A DNA stretch of 63,779 nucleotides, the filler included, from Deltaproteobacteria bacterium (GTDB lineage: Bacteria; JAUYMQ01), in NCBI GenBank assembly GCA_030698575.1. It is 9 parts of 9 records of this genome, joined end to end, with 100 filler letters (N's around TTAATTAATTAA, not from the genome) between each part and the next. Parts side by side here need not be neighbours in the genome. Positions count along the whole stretch, not along the records: positions 1 to 5,033 come from JAUYMQ010000124.1; positions 5,134 to 11,514 come from JAUYMQ010000129.1; 7 more parts are not named here. One strand, given 5' to 3'. Position numbers and translations under genes: made by a program. Below the pieces are notes generated by a model. The model saw only the letters and a program-made list of their open reading frames with translations, made no database searches and had not been told where the DNA came from. The number at the start of each line of letters is the position of its first letter. Position 1 is the stretch's first letter. Below are positions 1-9,854 of the stretch, one piece after another.

Positions 1-228
1 GTCGTCATCGTGCTTCTGGCCAATCGAATCCACCCCATCGCCAGGAAATCCCGCTTCGCGTTCCGCCCGCGCGCACACGACATCGTGATGGAAGGGCTCG
101 GTTTCCCGCCGCCCCCGCGTGAGAAGCGGCCACAGGCCGGCGAGGCGGACGCCGGGCCGCAGGGGGGCGAGGCCGTGGCCGCCGCCCCGGACAACGGCGC
201 CGGTCCCTCCGGCGACTCCCGCCCGTGA
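1..228 (+). CDS. C-terminal fragment of a probable serine hydrolase (beta-lactamase family)
   Basis: Frame open from base 1: VVIVLLANRIHP...FRPRAHD resembles the C-terminal LLxNRxHP motif of this family; its TGA overlaps the GTG start of mpl. Confidence 0.55.
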   Translation, partial: VVIVLLANRIHPIARKSRFAFRPRAHDIVMEGLGFPPPPREKRPQAGEADAGPQGGEAVAAAPDNGAGPSGDSRP

Positions 229-1694
229 GCTTTCCCCCGTCCCGGACAGAAACGCCCGAAGAACACACGAAACGGCTTGCCGTGGTGCCGCGCGATCCGC
301 GGAGCGTGCACCTCATCGCCGTCGCCGGCACGGGCATGGGGGCGCTGGCTTGCATGCTCGCCGCCTCGGGGCGGGCGGTGACGGGGTCCGACCAGGCCGT
401 TTATCCCCCCATGAGCAACCAGCTCGAGCGCGCAGGTATTCGCATCATGGAAGGGTACCGGCTCGAGAACCTCTCGCACCGCCCCGATCTCGTCGTCGTG
501 GGGAACGCCATGAGCCGGGGGAACCCCGAGATCGAGGCGTTGCTCGAGAGCGGCATTCCGTACGTGAGCATGCCCGAGGCGCTTCGCCTCTATTTCTTCG
601 CCGGGAAGCACCCCGTCGTGGTGGCGGGCACGCACGGGAAGACCACGACCACCTCTCTGGCTGCATCGGTGCTTGCGCACGCGGGACGGGATCCGTCGCT
701 TCTGGTGGGCGGCATCGCGCGCGATTTCGACGGGGGTTTCCGGCTGGGGATGGGCGAGGCCTTCGTCCTCGAAGGCGATGAATACGACACGGCGTTCTTC
801 GACAAGGAGCCGAAGTTCCTGCACTACGCGCCACGCACCGCAATCCTCACCAGCGTCGAGTTCGATCATGCGGACATCTACCGCGATCTCGACCATGTCC
901 GCGAAGCCTTCCGGCGCTTCGTGGCGACCATCCCCGAGGCCGGTCTCCTGGCCGTCTGCGCCGACGATCCGGAAGCGCGGGCCATTGCGCAGGGGGCGAG
1001 CTGCAGGGTTCTTCCATATGGACTTTCAGAGGGTTCCGCGCTGCGCGGAAAGGTGCGCGAGATTGGTCCGGTGCTAACGCGCTTCGAAGCCGAGCGCGAG
1101 GGCACCCCTCTTGGCGAGTTCGCCATCCCGTTGCCCGGCGCTCACAACGTGCGCAATGCGCTGGGCGTCCTGGCGGCGTGCCTCGAACTGGGGCTCGGTG
1201 TGAATGAGATTCGCGCGGGCCTTGCGCGCTTCGGTGGCGTTGCCCGCCGCCAGGAGGTGCGCGGAGAGGCGGGCGGCGTGCTGGTGATCGACGACTTCGC
1301 CCACCACCCGACCGCGATACGCGAGACCGTTGCCGCCATCCGGGCTCGCTATCCCGCTCGCCGCCTCTGGGCGCTGTTCGAGCCGCGGTCGAACACGAGC
1401 CGGCGGAACGTTCACCAGAAGGAGTACGTGGATGCGCTCGAAGGGGCCGACGTGACCATCATCGCGGGCGTGGAGAATCCCGGGAAGATTCCGGATGCGG
1501 AACGCCTCAGCCCCGACCGGATAGCAGCGGACCTCCGGGATCGCGGGCGCGACGCGCACTACATCGGGCAGGTGGAGGAGATCGTGGCTTACGCATCAGA
1601 GAATGCGCGGAAGGGCGATGTGCTCCTCGTCATGTCGAACGGCGGCTTCGGCGGCATTCACCAGAAGCTGCTCGCCGCCCTGGGGTACTGGTAG
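225..1694 (+). CDS. mpl: UDP-N-acetylmuramate:L-alanyl-gamma-D-glutamyl-meso-diaminopimelate ligase (Mpl, MurC family)
   Basis: VAGTGMGALA, GSDQAVYPPMS, AGTHGKTTT P-loop, EGDEYDTAFFDK, DDFAHHPTAI, FEPRSNT, MSNGGFGG. Confidence 0.93.
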   Translation: MSFPPSRTETPEEHTKRLAVVPRDPRSVHLIAVAGTGMGALACMLAASGRAVTGSDQAVYPPMSNQLERAGIRIMEGYRLENLSHRPDLVVVGNAMSRGNPEIEALLESGIPYVSMPEALRLYFFAGKHPVVVAGTHGKTTTTSLAASVLAHAGRDPSLLVGGIARDFDGGFRLGMGEAFVLEGDEYDTAFFDKEPKFLHYAPRTAILTSVEFDHADIYRDLDHVREAFRRFVATIPEAGLLAVCADDPEARAIAQGASCRVLPYGLSEGSALRGKVREIGPVLTRFEAEREGTPLGEFAIPLPGAHNVRNALGVLAACLELGLGVNEIRAGLARFGGVARRQEVRGEAGGVLVIDDFAHHPTAIRETVAAIRARYPARRLWALFEPRSNTSRRNVHQKEYVDALEGADVTIIAGVENPGKIPDAERLSPDRIAADLRDRGRDAHYIGQVEEIVAYASENARKGDVLLVMSNGGFGGIHQKLLAALGYW

Positions 1695-1716
1695 AAAGAA
1701 TGGTGAACGTCCCCGA

Positions 1717-2508
1717 TCAGTAGGGGGCGCTGTAATCGAGTGTCCGCCTGCCCTTGCCGCGCTGCTCGCTCCGGGCGATGGCTTCCTGAAGATAGGCATG
1801 CGCCCGGCCCACGGCCTCGGGCACGGCTTGGCCCAGCGCGAGTCCCGCGGCGATGGCCGATGACAGCGCGCAGCCGGTGCCGTGAATCTCTCCCTCGAAG
1901 CGCTTTCCCCTGAATTCCCACCGACCCCCCCCGCCGAGCAGCAGATCGACCGGCTCTCCCACGAGGTGCCCCCCCTTCACCAGCGCCCAGGGTGCGCCCT
2001 GGGCGAGGATCCGGCGCCCAGCGGTTTCCGCCGCATCGAGCGTCGTGGGGGCGTCGGTTTCGGTCAGGATGGCGGCCTCGGAGAGATTGGGCGTGACCAG
2101 CGTCGTCATGGGGAGCAATTCGAAGCGGAGCATGTCCCATGCGCGCCGTTCGAGGAGATATGCGCCGCTCGAGGACTGCAGGACAGGATCGAGCACCGTG
2201 GGGATCGGGCCGTAGCGGTGCAGGAAGCGGCAGACCGAGCGCAGGATTTCATCGGTCGCGAGAGCCCCGATCTTCACGGCATCGGGCGGAGCATCCTCGA
2301 AGCACGCGAGCAGCTGCTTTTCGAAGATGGACGGGAAGACCGCGTGCACTCGCCGGACGCCGCGGCTGTCCTGCTCGATGAGGGCCGTGGGCACGGCCAT
2401 GGCGTGCACACCGCAATGGGCCAGCACCTGGAGATCGGCCTGGACGCCGGCCCCTCCCGTCGGATCCGTGCCCGCGATCGAGAGAACCGCCCTTCGCATC
2501 AGCTTCAC
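1717..2508 (-). CDS. thiD: Hydroxymethylpyrimidine/phosphomethylpyrimidine kinase
   Basis: LSIAGTDPTGGAGVQAD, VKIG, LDPVL, TPNLSEA, VKGGH, HGTGCALSSAIA. Confidence 0.93.
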   Translation of the reverse strand: MKLMRRAVLSIAGTDPTGGAGVQADLQVLAHCGVHAMAVPTALIEQDSRGVRRVHAVFPSIFEKQLLACFEDAPPDAVKIGALATDEILRSVCRFLHRYGPIPTVLDPVLQSSSGAYLLERRAWDMLRFELLPMTTLVTPNLSEAAILTETDAPTTLDAAETAGRRILAQGAPWALVKGGHLVGEPVDLLLGGGGRWEFRGKRFEGEIHGTGCALSSAIAAGLALGQAVPEAVGRAHAYLQEAIARSEQRGKGRRTLDYSAPY

Positions 2509-2530
2509 CGCCTTCCGATGCCCGCGCCCG

Positions 2531-3247
2531 TCAAAACAGCTTCAGGTAACGCCAGCGGCGCTTCTTCTTCGATACCGGTTTACCGTCGAAATCATAGACG
2601 GCGGCGAGCGGCGGCTCCGGGCGAGTTACCCTGATTCGATCGCCGTCGATGATCTCCGTTTTTCCGCCGAGGAGCCGGGCCTCCGTGTCCTGGACGACGC
2701 TCCGGAAGACCCTCGTATCCTCGGGCGAGGCGCCGCGGACGCGGCCGAGATCCACGAGCAGGAGGACTTCGTAGGAGTCCACGTCGGCGTCCGGCTCCGG
2801 CATGGCGTAGCGGTGCTGCAGGCAGGCCAGCCACCGGTCGTCGGCGGAGAAGCTCTCCCCGTAACCACGTATGCCGAGGAGGGGCCGTCCGGAGGCGGCG
2901 TCGAGAAGGATGAGTTTCGAACCGCCGAGCGACTCCCCGAAGGACAACACGAGATAGCGGCCGCCCTTCGAGAGCGAGACGCTCCGCACCAGGTCGGGCA
3001 TCGCGAGCAATTCGGGCTGCTCGCCCACCTCGCCCAGCCGCTGGAGCGCGCGCGTGAGCTGCGGAGTGTCGTTCGCCTGAAAAGCCGCCAGGGCCGCGCG
3101 TGCCTCGGCGTGGACGGCGATGAAACCCGTGTCCCGCTTCTTGTTGTCGTCGCCGCGGCACCCGGCGGCCACCGCTCCGAGAAGAATCAGGACGAGCGCC
3201 CAGCCCATGCCGTCGCGCACCATCGTTCTGCGGATCGCCATCGTCAT
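2531..3247 (-). CDS. Hypothetical lipoprotein (start uncertain, 3209-3271)
   Basis: Hydrophobic stretch WALVLILLGAVAAG followed by Cys (lipobox-like); lies co-directionally between thiE and thiD. Confidence 0.55.
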   Translation of the reverse strand: MTMAIRRTMVRDGMGWALVLILLGAVAAGCRGDDNKKRDTGFIAVHAEARAALAAFQANDTPQLTRALQRLGEVGEQPELLAMPDLVRSVSLSKGGRYLVLSFGESLGGSKLILLDAASGRPLLGIRGYGESFSADDRWLACLQHRYAMPEPDADVDSYEVLLLVDLGRVRGASPEDTRVFRSVVQDTEARLLGGKTEIIDGDRIRVTRPEPPLAAVYDFDGKPVSKKKRRWRYLKLF

Positions 3248-3287
3248 GATCAACCTTTCATTCACTTGCATTCGCCCGGTGTCGGCT

Positions 3288-3926
3288 TCAAACCGGGGTC
3301 GAGAAGATACCCACGAGCGCCCGCGCTGCGGCGGACATGTCAGGCGCTGCCGCAACCGCCGAGATGACGGCAACGCCCGCGGCGCCGGCGCGGCGGGCCG
3401 CGCGCGCGCCCTCGAGATCGATCCCCCCGATGGCGATGACCGGGATCGAGAGCGTCCGGCAGACCTCTGCGAGAACCTCGAGTCCCCGCGGCGGGAGCGG
3501 GTTGGCCTTGGAGCCGGTCTGGAAAATCGGACCGAAGCCCACGTAGGCGGCGCCGGCCTGCTCGGCCCGGCGGGCCTCGCCAATATCATGGGTCGAGATG
3601 CCGCAGGTGAGTCTGGCTCCGGACGCTTCGATCGCTTTCCGGGCGTCCGCAGCGGGCAGATCGTCCTGCCCCAGGTGAACGGCGTCCGCGCCGGCGGCCA
3701 GGGCGACATCAAACCGGTCGTTCACCACGAGGCGCCCGTCCTGGCAACTCCTCACCGCCGTGGCGACGGAAATCGCGGCCTCGAGCAGGTCACGCGAGGC
3801 CGCCCCCTTGGCGCGAACCTGGATGATACGAACCCCGCCTGCCAGCGCCGCGTTCGCGATATCGAGAGGGGAACGCGACGGCGAGGCACCCATGTCTGCG
3901 ATCACGTGCACGCCCGACCAGGTCAT
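3288..3926 (-). CDS. thiE: Thiamine phosphate synthase
   Basis: IQVRAK, VNDRFDVA, VHLGQDD, GISTH, GPIFQTGSK, AIGGI, VAVISAV. Confidence 0.93.
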   Translation of the reverse strand: MTWSGVHVIADMGASPSRSPLDIANAALAGGVRIIQVRAKGAASRDLLEAAISVATAVRSCQDGRLVVNDRFDVALAAGADAVHLGQDDLPAADARKAIEASGARLTCGISTHDIGEARRAEQAGAAYVGFGPIFQTGSKANPLPPRGLEVLAEVCRTLSIPVIAIGGIDLEGARAARRAGAAGVAVISAVAAAPDMSAAARALVGIFSTPV

Positions 3927-3936
3927 GGGATTCAGG

Positions 3937-4701
3937 CTACTCCGCGAGAAGCACAAGCGCCATCATGCCCAGCCCGCCGAGGAACGCCGCCAGGTTGCGA
4001 TTCCGGTTACCGAGGTGCTTGTGCACCTCCGGCAGGAGATCGGAGAGCGCGATGTGCAGGAACGTGCCGACCGAGATCGCCGTGGCGATGCCGATGGCCG
4101 TCGTATTCAGCAGCCTGAGGGACGAGAGCGTGATGGCCGCGCCGAGCGGCGTCATGAGGGCGAAAATGACGTTCAGAAGAACGATTCGCCGGGGCTCGCG
4201 CTTCTCCTCCTTCAGGATGCTGGCCAGGGCCAGCGCCGAAGGGCCCTTGTGGGCGAAGATGGCAAAAAAAACGATCGTCCCGAAGGCGCGGTGGGGCGTT
4301 GCGGCTTCCCCCGTCGAAAGCAGCACCGCAGAGCCGAGCGCCACGCCGTCCATGAGCGCGTGAACGGAGAGCCCGACGAACGCGGCCCATCCCAGAGCGC
4401 CGAATTCATGCACGTCGCAACCGCGCGCCTCACAGATGTGAACGGCGATGTACTTCTCGACAATGTAGAGACCGACGAAGCCGGCAAGAATGAATATTCC
4501 CGTGCTTTCGCCGATGAGATTGAATGCCTGGGGCGCCATGTGGAGAAAAGCCGCGCCAAGGAGCACGCCGGCCGCGAAGCCCAAAAGTAGGCGGAACTGG
4601 GCGTCGGTCCAGTTTCGCAGGAGCGGAATGGCGCTGCCGACGAGCGTCGCGGCGACGATCAACAAGCTGTAGATGCCAAGATCAATGGCGGCACTCGACA
4701 C
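3937..4701 (-). CDS. ZIP family metal transporter
   Basis: FAAGVLLGAAFLH, HALMDG, AHKGP, GTFLHIALSDLLPEVH; multiple TM segments. Confidence 0.9.
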   Translation of the reverse strand: MSSAAIDLGIYSLLIVAATLVGSAIPLLRNWTDAQFRLLLGFAAGVLLGAAFLHMAPQAFNLIGESTGIFILAGFVGLYIVEKYIAVHICEARGCDVHEFGALGWAAFVGLSVHALMDGVALGSAVLLSTGEAATPHRAFGTIVFFAIFAHKGPSALALASILKEEKREPRRIVLLNVIFALMTPLGAAITLSSLRLLNTTAIGIATAISVGTFLHIALSDLLPEVHKHLGNRNRNLAAFLGGLGMMALVLLAE

Positions 4702-4735
4702 GTCCTGCCTCCGGGGGTTGCCAGCTCGCTCTTTC

Positions 4736-5032
4736 CTACTTCTTCAGCTCGATTCCGAGTTCGATGATCCTCTTTCTCAACGTGTTGCGGTTGATGCCGA
4801 GCATAGCGGCCGCGCGGACCTGATTTCCGCCGGTCTTGTCGAGGACCAGCTCGAGAAGCGGTTTTTCGACCTGGCCCAGGAACGTCTGATGGAGCTTCCC
4901 CCGGTGATCGAGATCGATCCTTTCGAGGACGTCGGTGATGCGGGCGCGAATCAGTTCGTCGAAGCCCAGATCGCTCTGTAGCACGGCGGGGCCCGAAGGC
5001 GAGAGGACGGAGGATATGTCGGCGGGCAGAAG
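4736..5032 (-). CDS. C-terminal Fis-type HTH of a sigma54-dependent activator (NtrC-like), 5' truncated
   Basis: VEKPLLELVLDKTGGNQVRAAAMLGINRNTLRKRI. Confidence 0.85.
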   Translation of the reverse strand, partial: LLPADISSVLSPSGPAVLQSDLGFDELIRARITDVLERIDLDHRGKLHQTFLGQVEKPLLELVLDKTGGNQVRAAAMLGINRNTLRKRIIELGIELKK

Positions 5033-5033
5033 C

Positions 5034-5133
5034 NNNNNNNNNNNNNNNNNNNNNNNNNNNNNNNNNNNNNNNNNNNNTTAATTAATTAANNNNNNNNNNN
5101 NNNNNNNNNNNNNNNNNNNNNNNNNNNNNNNNN
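5034..5133. other. Artificial contig linker (first of eight; others at 11515-11614, 14654-14753, 28528-28627, 31791-31890, 36352-36451, 57114-57213, 60886-60985)
   Basis: Identical N44-TTAATTAATTAA-N44 blocks with stops in all six frames; ORFs are truncated on either side. Confidence 0.98.
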
Positions 5134-5553
5134 GCCCCGTGCCACCTGCAGCATGCGCAGCGCGTCCATGCGACGCCCATGCGGGTGCTCTCACAGCTCG
5201 AGGGGGCGGAGGTGCACGAAGGGCCCGACAGTGCGTGGTGCTGCGGCTCGGCTGGAACCTACAACCTGACCCACCCCGGGCTCTCGCGGCAGATGCTGGA
5301 CCGGAAGATGAAAACGATTCTTCCCCTGGCGCCGGACATCATCGCGAGCGGAAATCCCGGCTGCCTCATGCAGCTCCGCTGGGGCGTCCAGCGATGGAAA
5401 ATTGCAGCCGAGGTTCGCCATCCGGTCGAGCTTCTGGCGCGCGGATACCGGAAGCCGGCGGGACGGAACCTCCGGAGGCATCGGGACCTGAAGTGCCGCA
5501 ATGAAAATCCCCGGCGCCGGGCCGGGGATCGATCACACTCCGTCACCTCTTGA
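5134..5553 (+). CDS. CCG-domain Fe-S protein (GlcF-like), 5' truncated
   Basis: APCHLQHAQ, WCCGSAGTYNL, SGNPGCLMQL, HPVELL. Confidence 0.85.
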   Translation, partial: APCHLQHAQRVHATPMRVLSQLEGAEVHEGPDSAWCCGSAGTYNLTHPGLSRQMLDRKMKTILPLAPDIIASGNPGCLMQLRWGVQRWKIAAEVRHPVELLARGYRKPAGRNLRRHRDLKCRNENPRRRAGDRSHSVTS

Positions 5554-5889
5554 TCACTCCGGCAGCGCCAGATCCTCGGCCTCGTCACCGGTTTCCGCTT
5601 CGGGGACCGCTTCGGAAACGTTGATCTTGTGCTTCAGATCCTTGCCGACCTTGAAGTACGGCATGGACTTCGCAGGCACCTCGATCTGCTCGCCTGTCTT
5701 CGGATTGCGACCAACGTACGCCTTGTAGTGTTTGCTGACGAAGCTTCCGAATCCGCGGATCTCGATGCGCTCCTTCCGCCTGAGCGACTCCGCCATTGAA
5801 TCAAAGACAATGTTCACGACCGAATCCGCCTTGCGCTGATGAATCCCCCGCCGCTCGGCGATTATGCGGGCGAGGTCCGACTTGTTCAC
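5554..5889 (-). CDS. ihfB: Integration host factor beta subunit (HU/IHF family)
   Basis: GTG start after GGAGG; NKSDL, RIEIRGFGSF, GRNPKTGE, PYFKVGKDLK; acidic tail. Confidence 0.88.
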   Translation of the reverse strand: MNKSDLARIIAERRGIHQRKADSVVNIVFDSMAESLRRKERIEIRGFGSFVSKHYKAYVGRNPKTGEQIEVPAKSMPYFKVGKDLKHKINVSEAVPEAETGDEAEDLALPE

Positions 5890-6006
5890 GTGAGCCTCCG
5901 GGGGGTCACACGATCCTGTGGATCGCGAGGCGCGCGCAGAATTAACAAGCTCTGCTGGAAAGGAGCTTTCTAACCCAGCCCGTCGGAGGCTGTCAAGCGG
6001 GCCCAT

Positions 6007-6504
6007 TCAGTATCGCCAGTCCTTGGGAACACCGGCGACGGAGGCCTCGAACTCGAGCTCACGTAGCGACTGCTTGAGGCTTTCAAGGTTCTTCTCCCGC
6101 TCGTGGACCTCGCGTTCCAGGGGGTCGATGAATCGGGGCTCCTCCCCCTGCTTCTCGGTGTTAATCACGAATCCCTCGATCGCGAAGCGGCGGGGCTTCT
6201 TCTCCGTCTTGCCTTGTTCGATCATGTCGTAGAGTTCGGCGCGTTTGAGGCTCAGAAGACGCTCCTCGCGCTCTATGCGCCCTCGCAGGTTCTGGAAGCG
6301 TTTTCGCCAGGTGGCCTCATCGAGGCCGGCCACGCCGTCATCCTGGCCGGCGCCCTCCACCCCCCTTTCCACCGGAACGCGTGTGAGCGTGCCAAGATCG
6401 GGCAAGGCTTCGGCTGCCGGCGGCGGGGCTTCCGCGGCCGGAACTGGTTGCGGGATCAGAAAGAGAAGGGACAGGATCAGGGCTACAGCCGTCCGGCCGG
6501 GCAT
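6007..6504 (-). CDS. Hypothetical exported protein with coiled-coil segments
   Basis: Signal peptide (LILSLLFLIPQPVPA), charged heptad-like segments, GGAGG upstream. Confidence 0.65.
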   Translation of the reverse strand: MPGRTAVALILSLLFLIPQPVPAAEAPPPAAEALPDLGTLTRVPVERGVEGAGQDDGVAGLDEATWRKRFQNLRGRIEREERLLSLKRAELYDMIEQGKTEKKPRRFAIEGFVINTEKQGEEPRFIDPLEREVHEREKNLESLKQSLRELEFEASVAGVPKDWRY

Positions 6505-6571
6505 GAAAGGCGTCCTCCGATTGCCGGCGGCGGCCGATGGCCGCGGGAGGGAGTCGCCGGGATGTCCGGGT

Positions 6572-6937
6572 TCAGCGGCTCAGGGTGTCATGAAGCGCGT
6601 AGAGGGCCTGTCGAGTCACGATGCTCCGATGGTACCTGGCCTCGAAGCTTTCCGCCGTCCGACGGGCGACTACCTCGGCGCGGTTGTCGTATACCCGGGT
6701 ATGCGGCCTGAGCGCGATCCGGTAGGATCTGGCTGTCAGGTCCTCTTCGAGGATCACCGTCCGGACGAGATTTTCGAGCGGGTCCGATCGCGTCTCGATA
6801 ATCGTCGAGAAATCCTGCCCTGCCGCCGTCGGCGGAAGAAGGAAGGCGACAGGCGCCAGGATCAGCATGATGTAAAGAAAGCGTGACACACAGGCCTCGG
6901 TAATCGCGCGCAGGCCCACTCGCCGGACCGTACGCAT
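6572..6937 (-). CDS. Hypothetical exported protein
   Basis: Co-directional ORF with hydrophobic signal-like segment; no family recognised. Confidence 0.5.
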   Translation of the reverse strand: MRTVRRVGLRAITEACVSRFLYIMLILAPVAFLLPPTAAGQDFSTIIETRSDPLENLVRTVILEEDLTARSYRIALRPHTRVYDNRAEVVARRTAESFEARYHRSIVTRQALYALHDTLSR

Positions 6938-6949
6938 CCTTATTGTAGA

Positions 6950-8776
6950 CTACTCAGAACCCTCGGGGTCCGTCAACCGAGCAGTGCCGCCTGCCCGACG
7001 ACCGGCGCGGCCGCCCGCCCTTCCCAGCCGTTCGAGCGCCGGCGAGAAATCCGGCCGCGCCGCGAGAATGCGCCGCCATAGCGCCTCGGCCTCTGCTCGT
7101 CGCCCGAGGCGGGCGAGCAGATCGCCCCGCACCAGATCGATCCAGGCGGAAGTCGGTTCCTCGGGAAGCTTCGCGAGCGTCTCCTCCTCCCAGTGGTTCC
7201 GGGCAGCCAGCTCTCCCAGTTCAATGGCTGCTTGTTCATGATCACGCTTCAGCCGGAGCGTCGCGAGATAGCCGTCGAGGGCGCCGCGATCATCGTCCTG
7301 CGCCGCCCGGGCCCGCGCGACGCCGAGGTGGGCGTTCACGGCGTTTGGGGCAAGGCCCAGCTGCTGCCGGAATGCGCCCTCCGCCGTCACCGGATCGCCG
7401 GCATCGAGCGCAACGCGACCGAGCGTCTCCAGCCCCTCGAACCATCGGGTCTCGACGGCCACTGCGCGCTTTGCGTGAGGCAGCGCCGCCGCCGCGTCAC
7501 CCCCCGCCCAGAGCGTGTAGGCCAGCTTCTGCCTTGAATAGGGGTTGTCGGGCTGCACCTCGACGGCACGCTCCCATAGCCGGCGGCTTGAGTGCCAGTG
7601 GGATGCTTGCGATGCGGTCAGCAGCCCGAAGAGCACGGCCACGCCGGCCATGGCCGCCCCGAGGGCTCGCCTCGCGCGTGTGCCGGCGGCGCCGGCGACG
7701 ATGATGGCCATGAGCGGCCCGAGAAAAAGCAGCGGCAGGTAGAGATAGCGGTCCGCCATCGGCGTCGATATCGGCACGAGCACGCTCGACGAGGGAAGCC
7801 ACATCAGAAACGCGCCCGCCGCGAGGTAGCCGCCCGCCATCCTTCGCGTGAGCATCACGAGGCAGGCTACGGCCGCCAGCACCAGCGCGGCTCCTCCCAG
7901 CACCACCCCCGCCGTCGTCAGATCTTCCGCGCGGAGATCATAGTAGGGCGAGAGGCGCACCGGGAAAAGAAGCTTCGCGAGATAGTGCAGGAAAGAAACG
8001 GCGAGCACCTGCGCGTGGAGTGCGGCCGTTCCGCCAAACAAGCGGCCGGCCGCCTCCAGGGAGGTCTGGATCCGCACCGTGATCACCCCGCCCCAGAGCG
8101 CCAGAAGAAAGCAGAGAGAGATCAGCGCGACCCGGGCGCGGTTCCATGGGAGGCCCACACCGCGCTGAAGCACGAGCAACAGGAAGGGAAAGGGCGCGAT
8201 GGCGACCTTGCTCATCATCCCGAGGGCGAAGAGAGTCACCGAGAGTCCGGCCCATGCGGCGGCCCGCCTCCCCTCGGTTCGCAGGAAGCAAAGCGCCGAG
8301 CCGAGCATGAAGCAGGCCGCGAGAAGCGTCTTTCGCTCCGCGACCCAGGCCACGACCTCTACCCCCGCGGGGTGCAAGGCAAAGAGCAGCACTCCCGCCG
8401 TCGTCACCCAACGCGCGCCCCCGAGTCTTCGCAGAAATAGCCAGAGAAGCGCGGCCGCGAGTCCGTGCAGCAGCAGGTTCGTCAGGTGGTAGCCGAACGG
8501 GCGCATGCCCCAGATCGTGTAATCGGCGGCGTAGGACGCGAGATGGACCGGCGCCCGGTTTGCGAAGTAATCCTGCGAGATCCAGGCCGTGACGTGCTCT
8601 TTCGAGAAGCCCCGGATGCCGGGGTTCTCGGTCACGTACCCGGGATCGTCCCAGTTGGTGAAATCGGCGCGAAGCGTTCCGAGGTAGGGTAGAACGGCGG
8701 CCAGAAAGACGAACGCGATCCAGCGGCGATCGCGAATCCTGTGTGCGGGCGAAGGGGAGAGTACGGGCGCAGCCAT
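6950..8776 (-). CDS. TMTC-like GT-C membrane glycosyltransferase (putative protein O-mannosyltransferase) with C-terminal TPRs
   Basis: FTNWDD, GYHLTNLLLH, LFALHP-EVVAWVAERK, MADRYLYLP, multiple TMs, TPR tail. Confidence 0.85.
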   Translation of the reverse strand: MAAPVLSPSPAHRIRDRRWIAFVFLAAVLPYLGTLRADFTNWDDPGYVTENPGIRGFSKEHVTAWISQDYFANRAPVHLASYAADYTIWGMRPFGYHLTNLLLHGLAAALLWLFLRRLGGARWVTTAGVLLFALHPAGVEVVAWVAERKTLLAACFMLGSALCFLRTEGRRAAAWAGLSVTLFALGMMSKVAIAPFPFLLLVLQRGVGLPWNRARVALISLCFLLALWGGVITVRIQTSLEAAGRLFGGTAALHAQVLAVSFLHYLAKLLFPVRLSPYYDLRAEDLTTAGVVLGGAALVLAAVACLVMLTRRMAGGYLAAGAFLMWLPSSSVLVPISTPMADRYLYLPLLFLGPLMAIIVAGAAGTRARRALGAAMAGVAVLFGLLTASQASHWHSSRRLWERAVEVQPDNPYSRQKLAYTLWAGGDAAAALPHAKRAVAVETRWFEGLETLGRVALDAGDPVTAEGAFRQQLGLAPNAVNAHLGVARARAAQDDDRGALDGYLATLRLKRDHEQAAIELGELAARNHWEEETLAKLPEEPTSAWIDLVRGDLLARLGRRAEAEALWRRILAARPDFSPALERLGRAGGRAGRRAGGTARLTDPEGSE

Positions 8777-8832
8777 GGCGCCCTTATAGCATCGTCACCG
8801 TTCCGGGGTCACTGTTCCGGAGCGAAACCGAA

Positions 8833-9621
8833 TCAGCCGCGCCCACCGGCCGCACTTAGGAGCGCCACCCGTGGGGCGTCAACAGCATGCTTGTTAATCG
8901 AGAGGATTCCCAGCCGGCTGAGGCCGCGGCAGACGGCATAGCCCGGATCGGGCTCCCAGTTGCGATAGGAGAAGCGCGCCGAATCGGGATCGTGGTGGTG
9001 GTTGTTCTGGAGCCCCTCGCCCGAGACGAGCAGCGCGATGGGAAGGTTGTTTCGGGAGTCGTCCGGCGTGTCGAAGGTTCGGTACCCCGACGCATGGCCG
9101 AAGGAATTCACGAGCCAGCCCTGCACGGGATGAGCGAGCAGCCCCGCGTAGAAACAGGCCGCCAGCAGCCAGACATCAAAGGCAAACCCCAGCGCCAGAG
9201 CGACGCCGATCTGGACCACGTAAGGGAGGTACCAGAGCTGCCGCCGGTTTGCCCAGGAGATCGGGAAGTCGAGATCCTTGACCACTGCCGAATAACTGCG
9301 CTTGCCGCCGATGAGACCGGCCAGGATGCGCTCGTAGGCGCGCAACTGCGCCAAAAACACCCCGGCCACACCGACGTTCGCGGGGCTGTGGGGGTCGCGC
9401 GACTGGTCGGGATAGCGATGGTGCAGCCGGTGCATGCAGGCCCATGCCTTCGGGTCGATGCCGGTGATCCAGGGGCCTGCGAGAACCGCGAAGCGGCGCG
9501 TCCTCGCCCCGAGCGTAACCGAGCCGTGAGCGAAAGCACGGTGGTAGAAGACAGTGATATAGGAGCTGCTGAAAAAGAAGGCTCCGAGAAGCACGAGCAG
9601 ACAAAGAATGGCGTACGACAA
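8833..9621 (-). CDS. Membrane fatty acid (acyl-CoA/acyl-lipid) desaturase, delta-9-like
   Basis: His boxes HRAFAH, HRLHH, QNNHH; DPHSP, VNSFGH, DDSRNN. Confidence 0.88.
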   Translation of the reverse strand: MSYAILCLLVLLGAFFFSSSYITVFYHRAFAHGSVTLGARTRRFAVLAGPWITGIDPKAWACMHRLHHRYPDQSRDPHSPANVGVAGVFLAQLRAYERILAGLIGGKRSYSAVVKDLDFPISWANRRQLWYLPYVVQIGVALALGFAFDVWLLAACFYAGLLAHPVQGWLVNSFGHASGYRTFDTPDDSRNNLPIALLVSGEGLQNNHHHDPDSARFSYRNWEPDPGYAVCRGLSRLGILSINKHAVDAPRVALLSAAGGRG

Positions 9622-9854
9622 ACAATGCTCCCCGGCTAAAGCGGCCGATGGTGTGGGTACGCGCCTTTCGGGGCGCGAATCGTCAAAAAAAAGCGGCGTG
9701 GGGGGATTTTGGGTCGGGTTGGGTGAGTGCGGGCGCCGCAGCTACCCGCCCTTGATAGCCCAGCGGCGGCCGAATTGCACGAAATTTATATCGAACAAAC
9801 GGCGGCAAATTCCTCCGCGCATCTTGCGTCGCAAAGATCGCGCGCGGACAGAGT

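Noticed and set aside
1717-4735. TPP riboswitch near thiD/thiE
   Set aside because: Intergenic gaps are too short and no TPP aptamer consensus was seen
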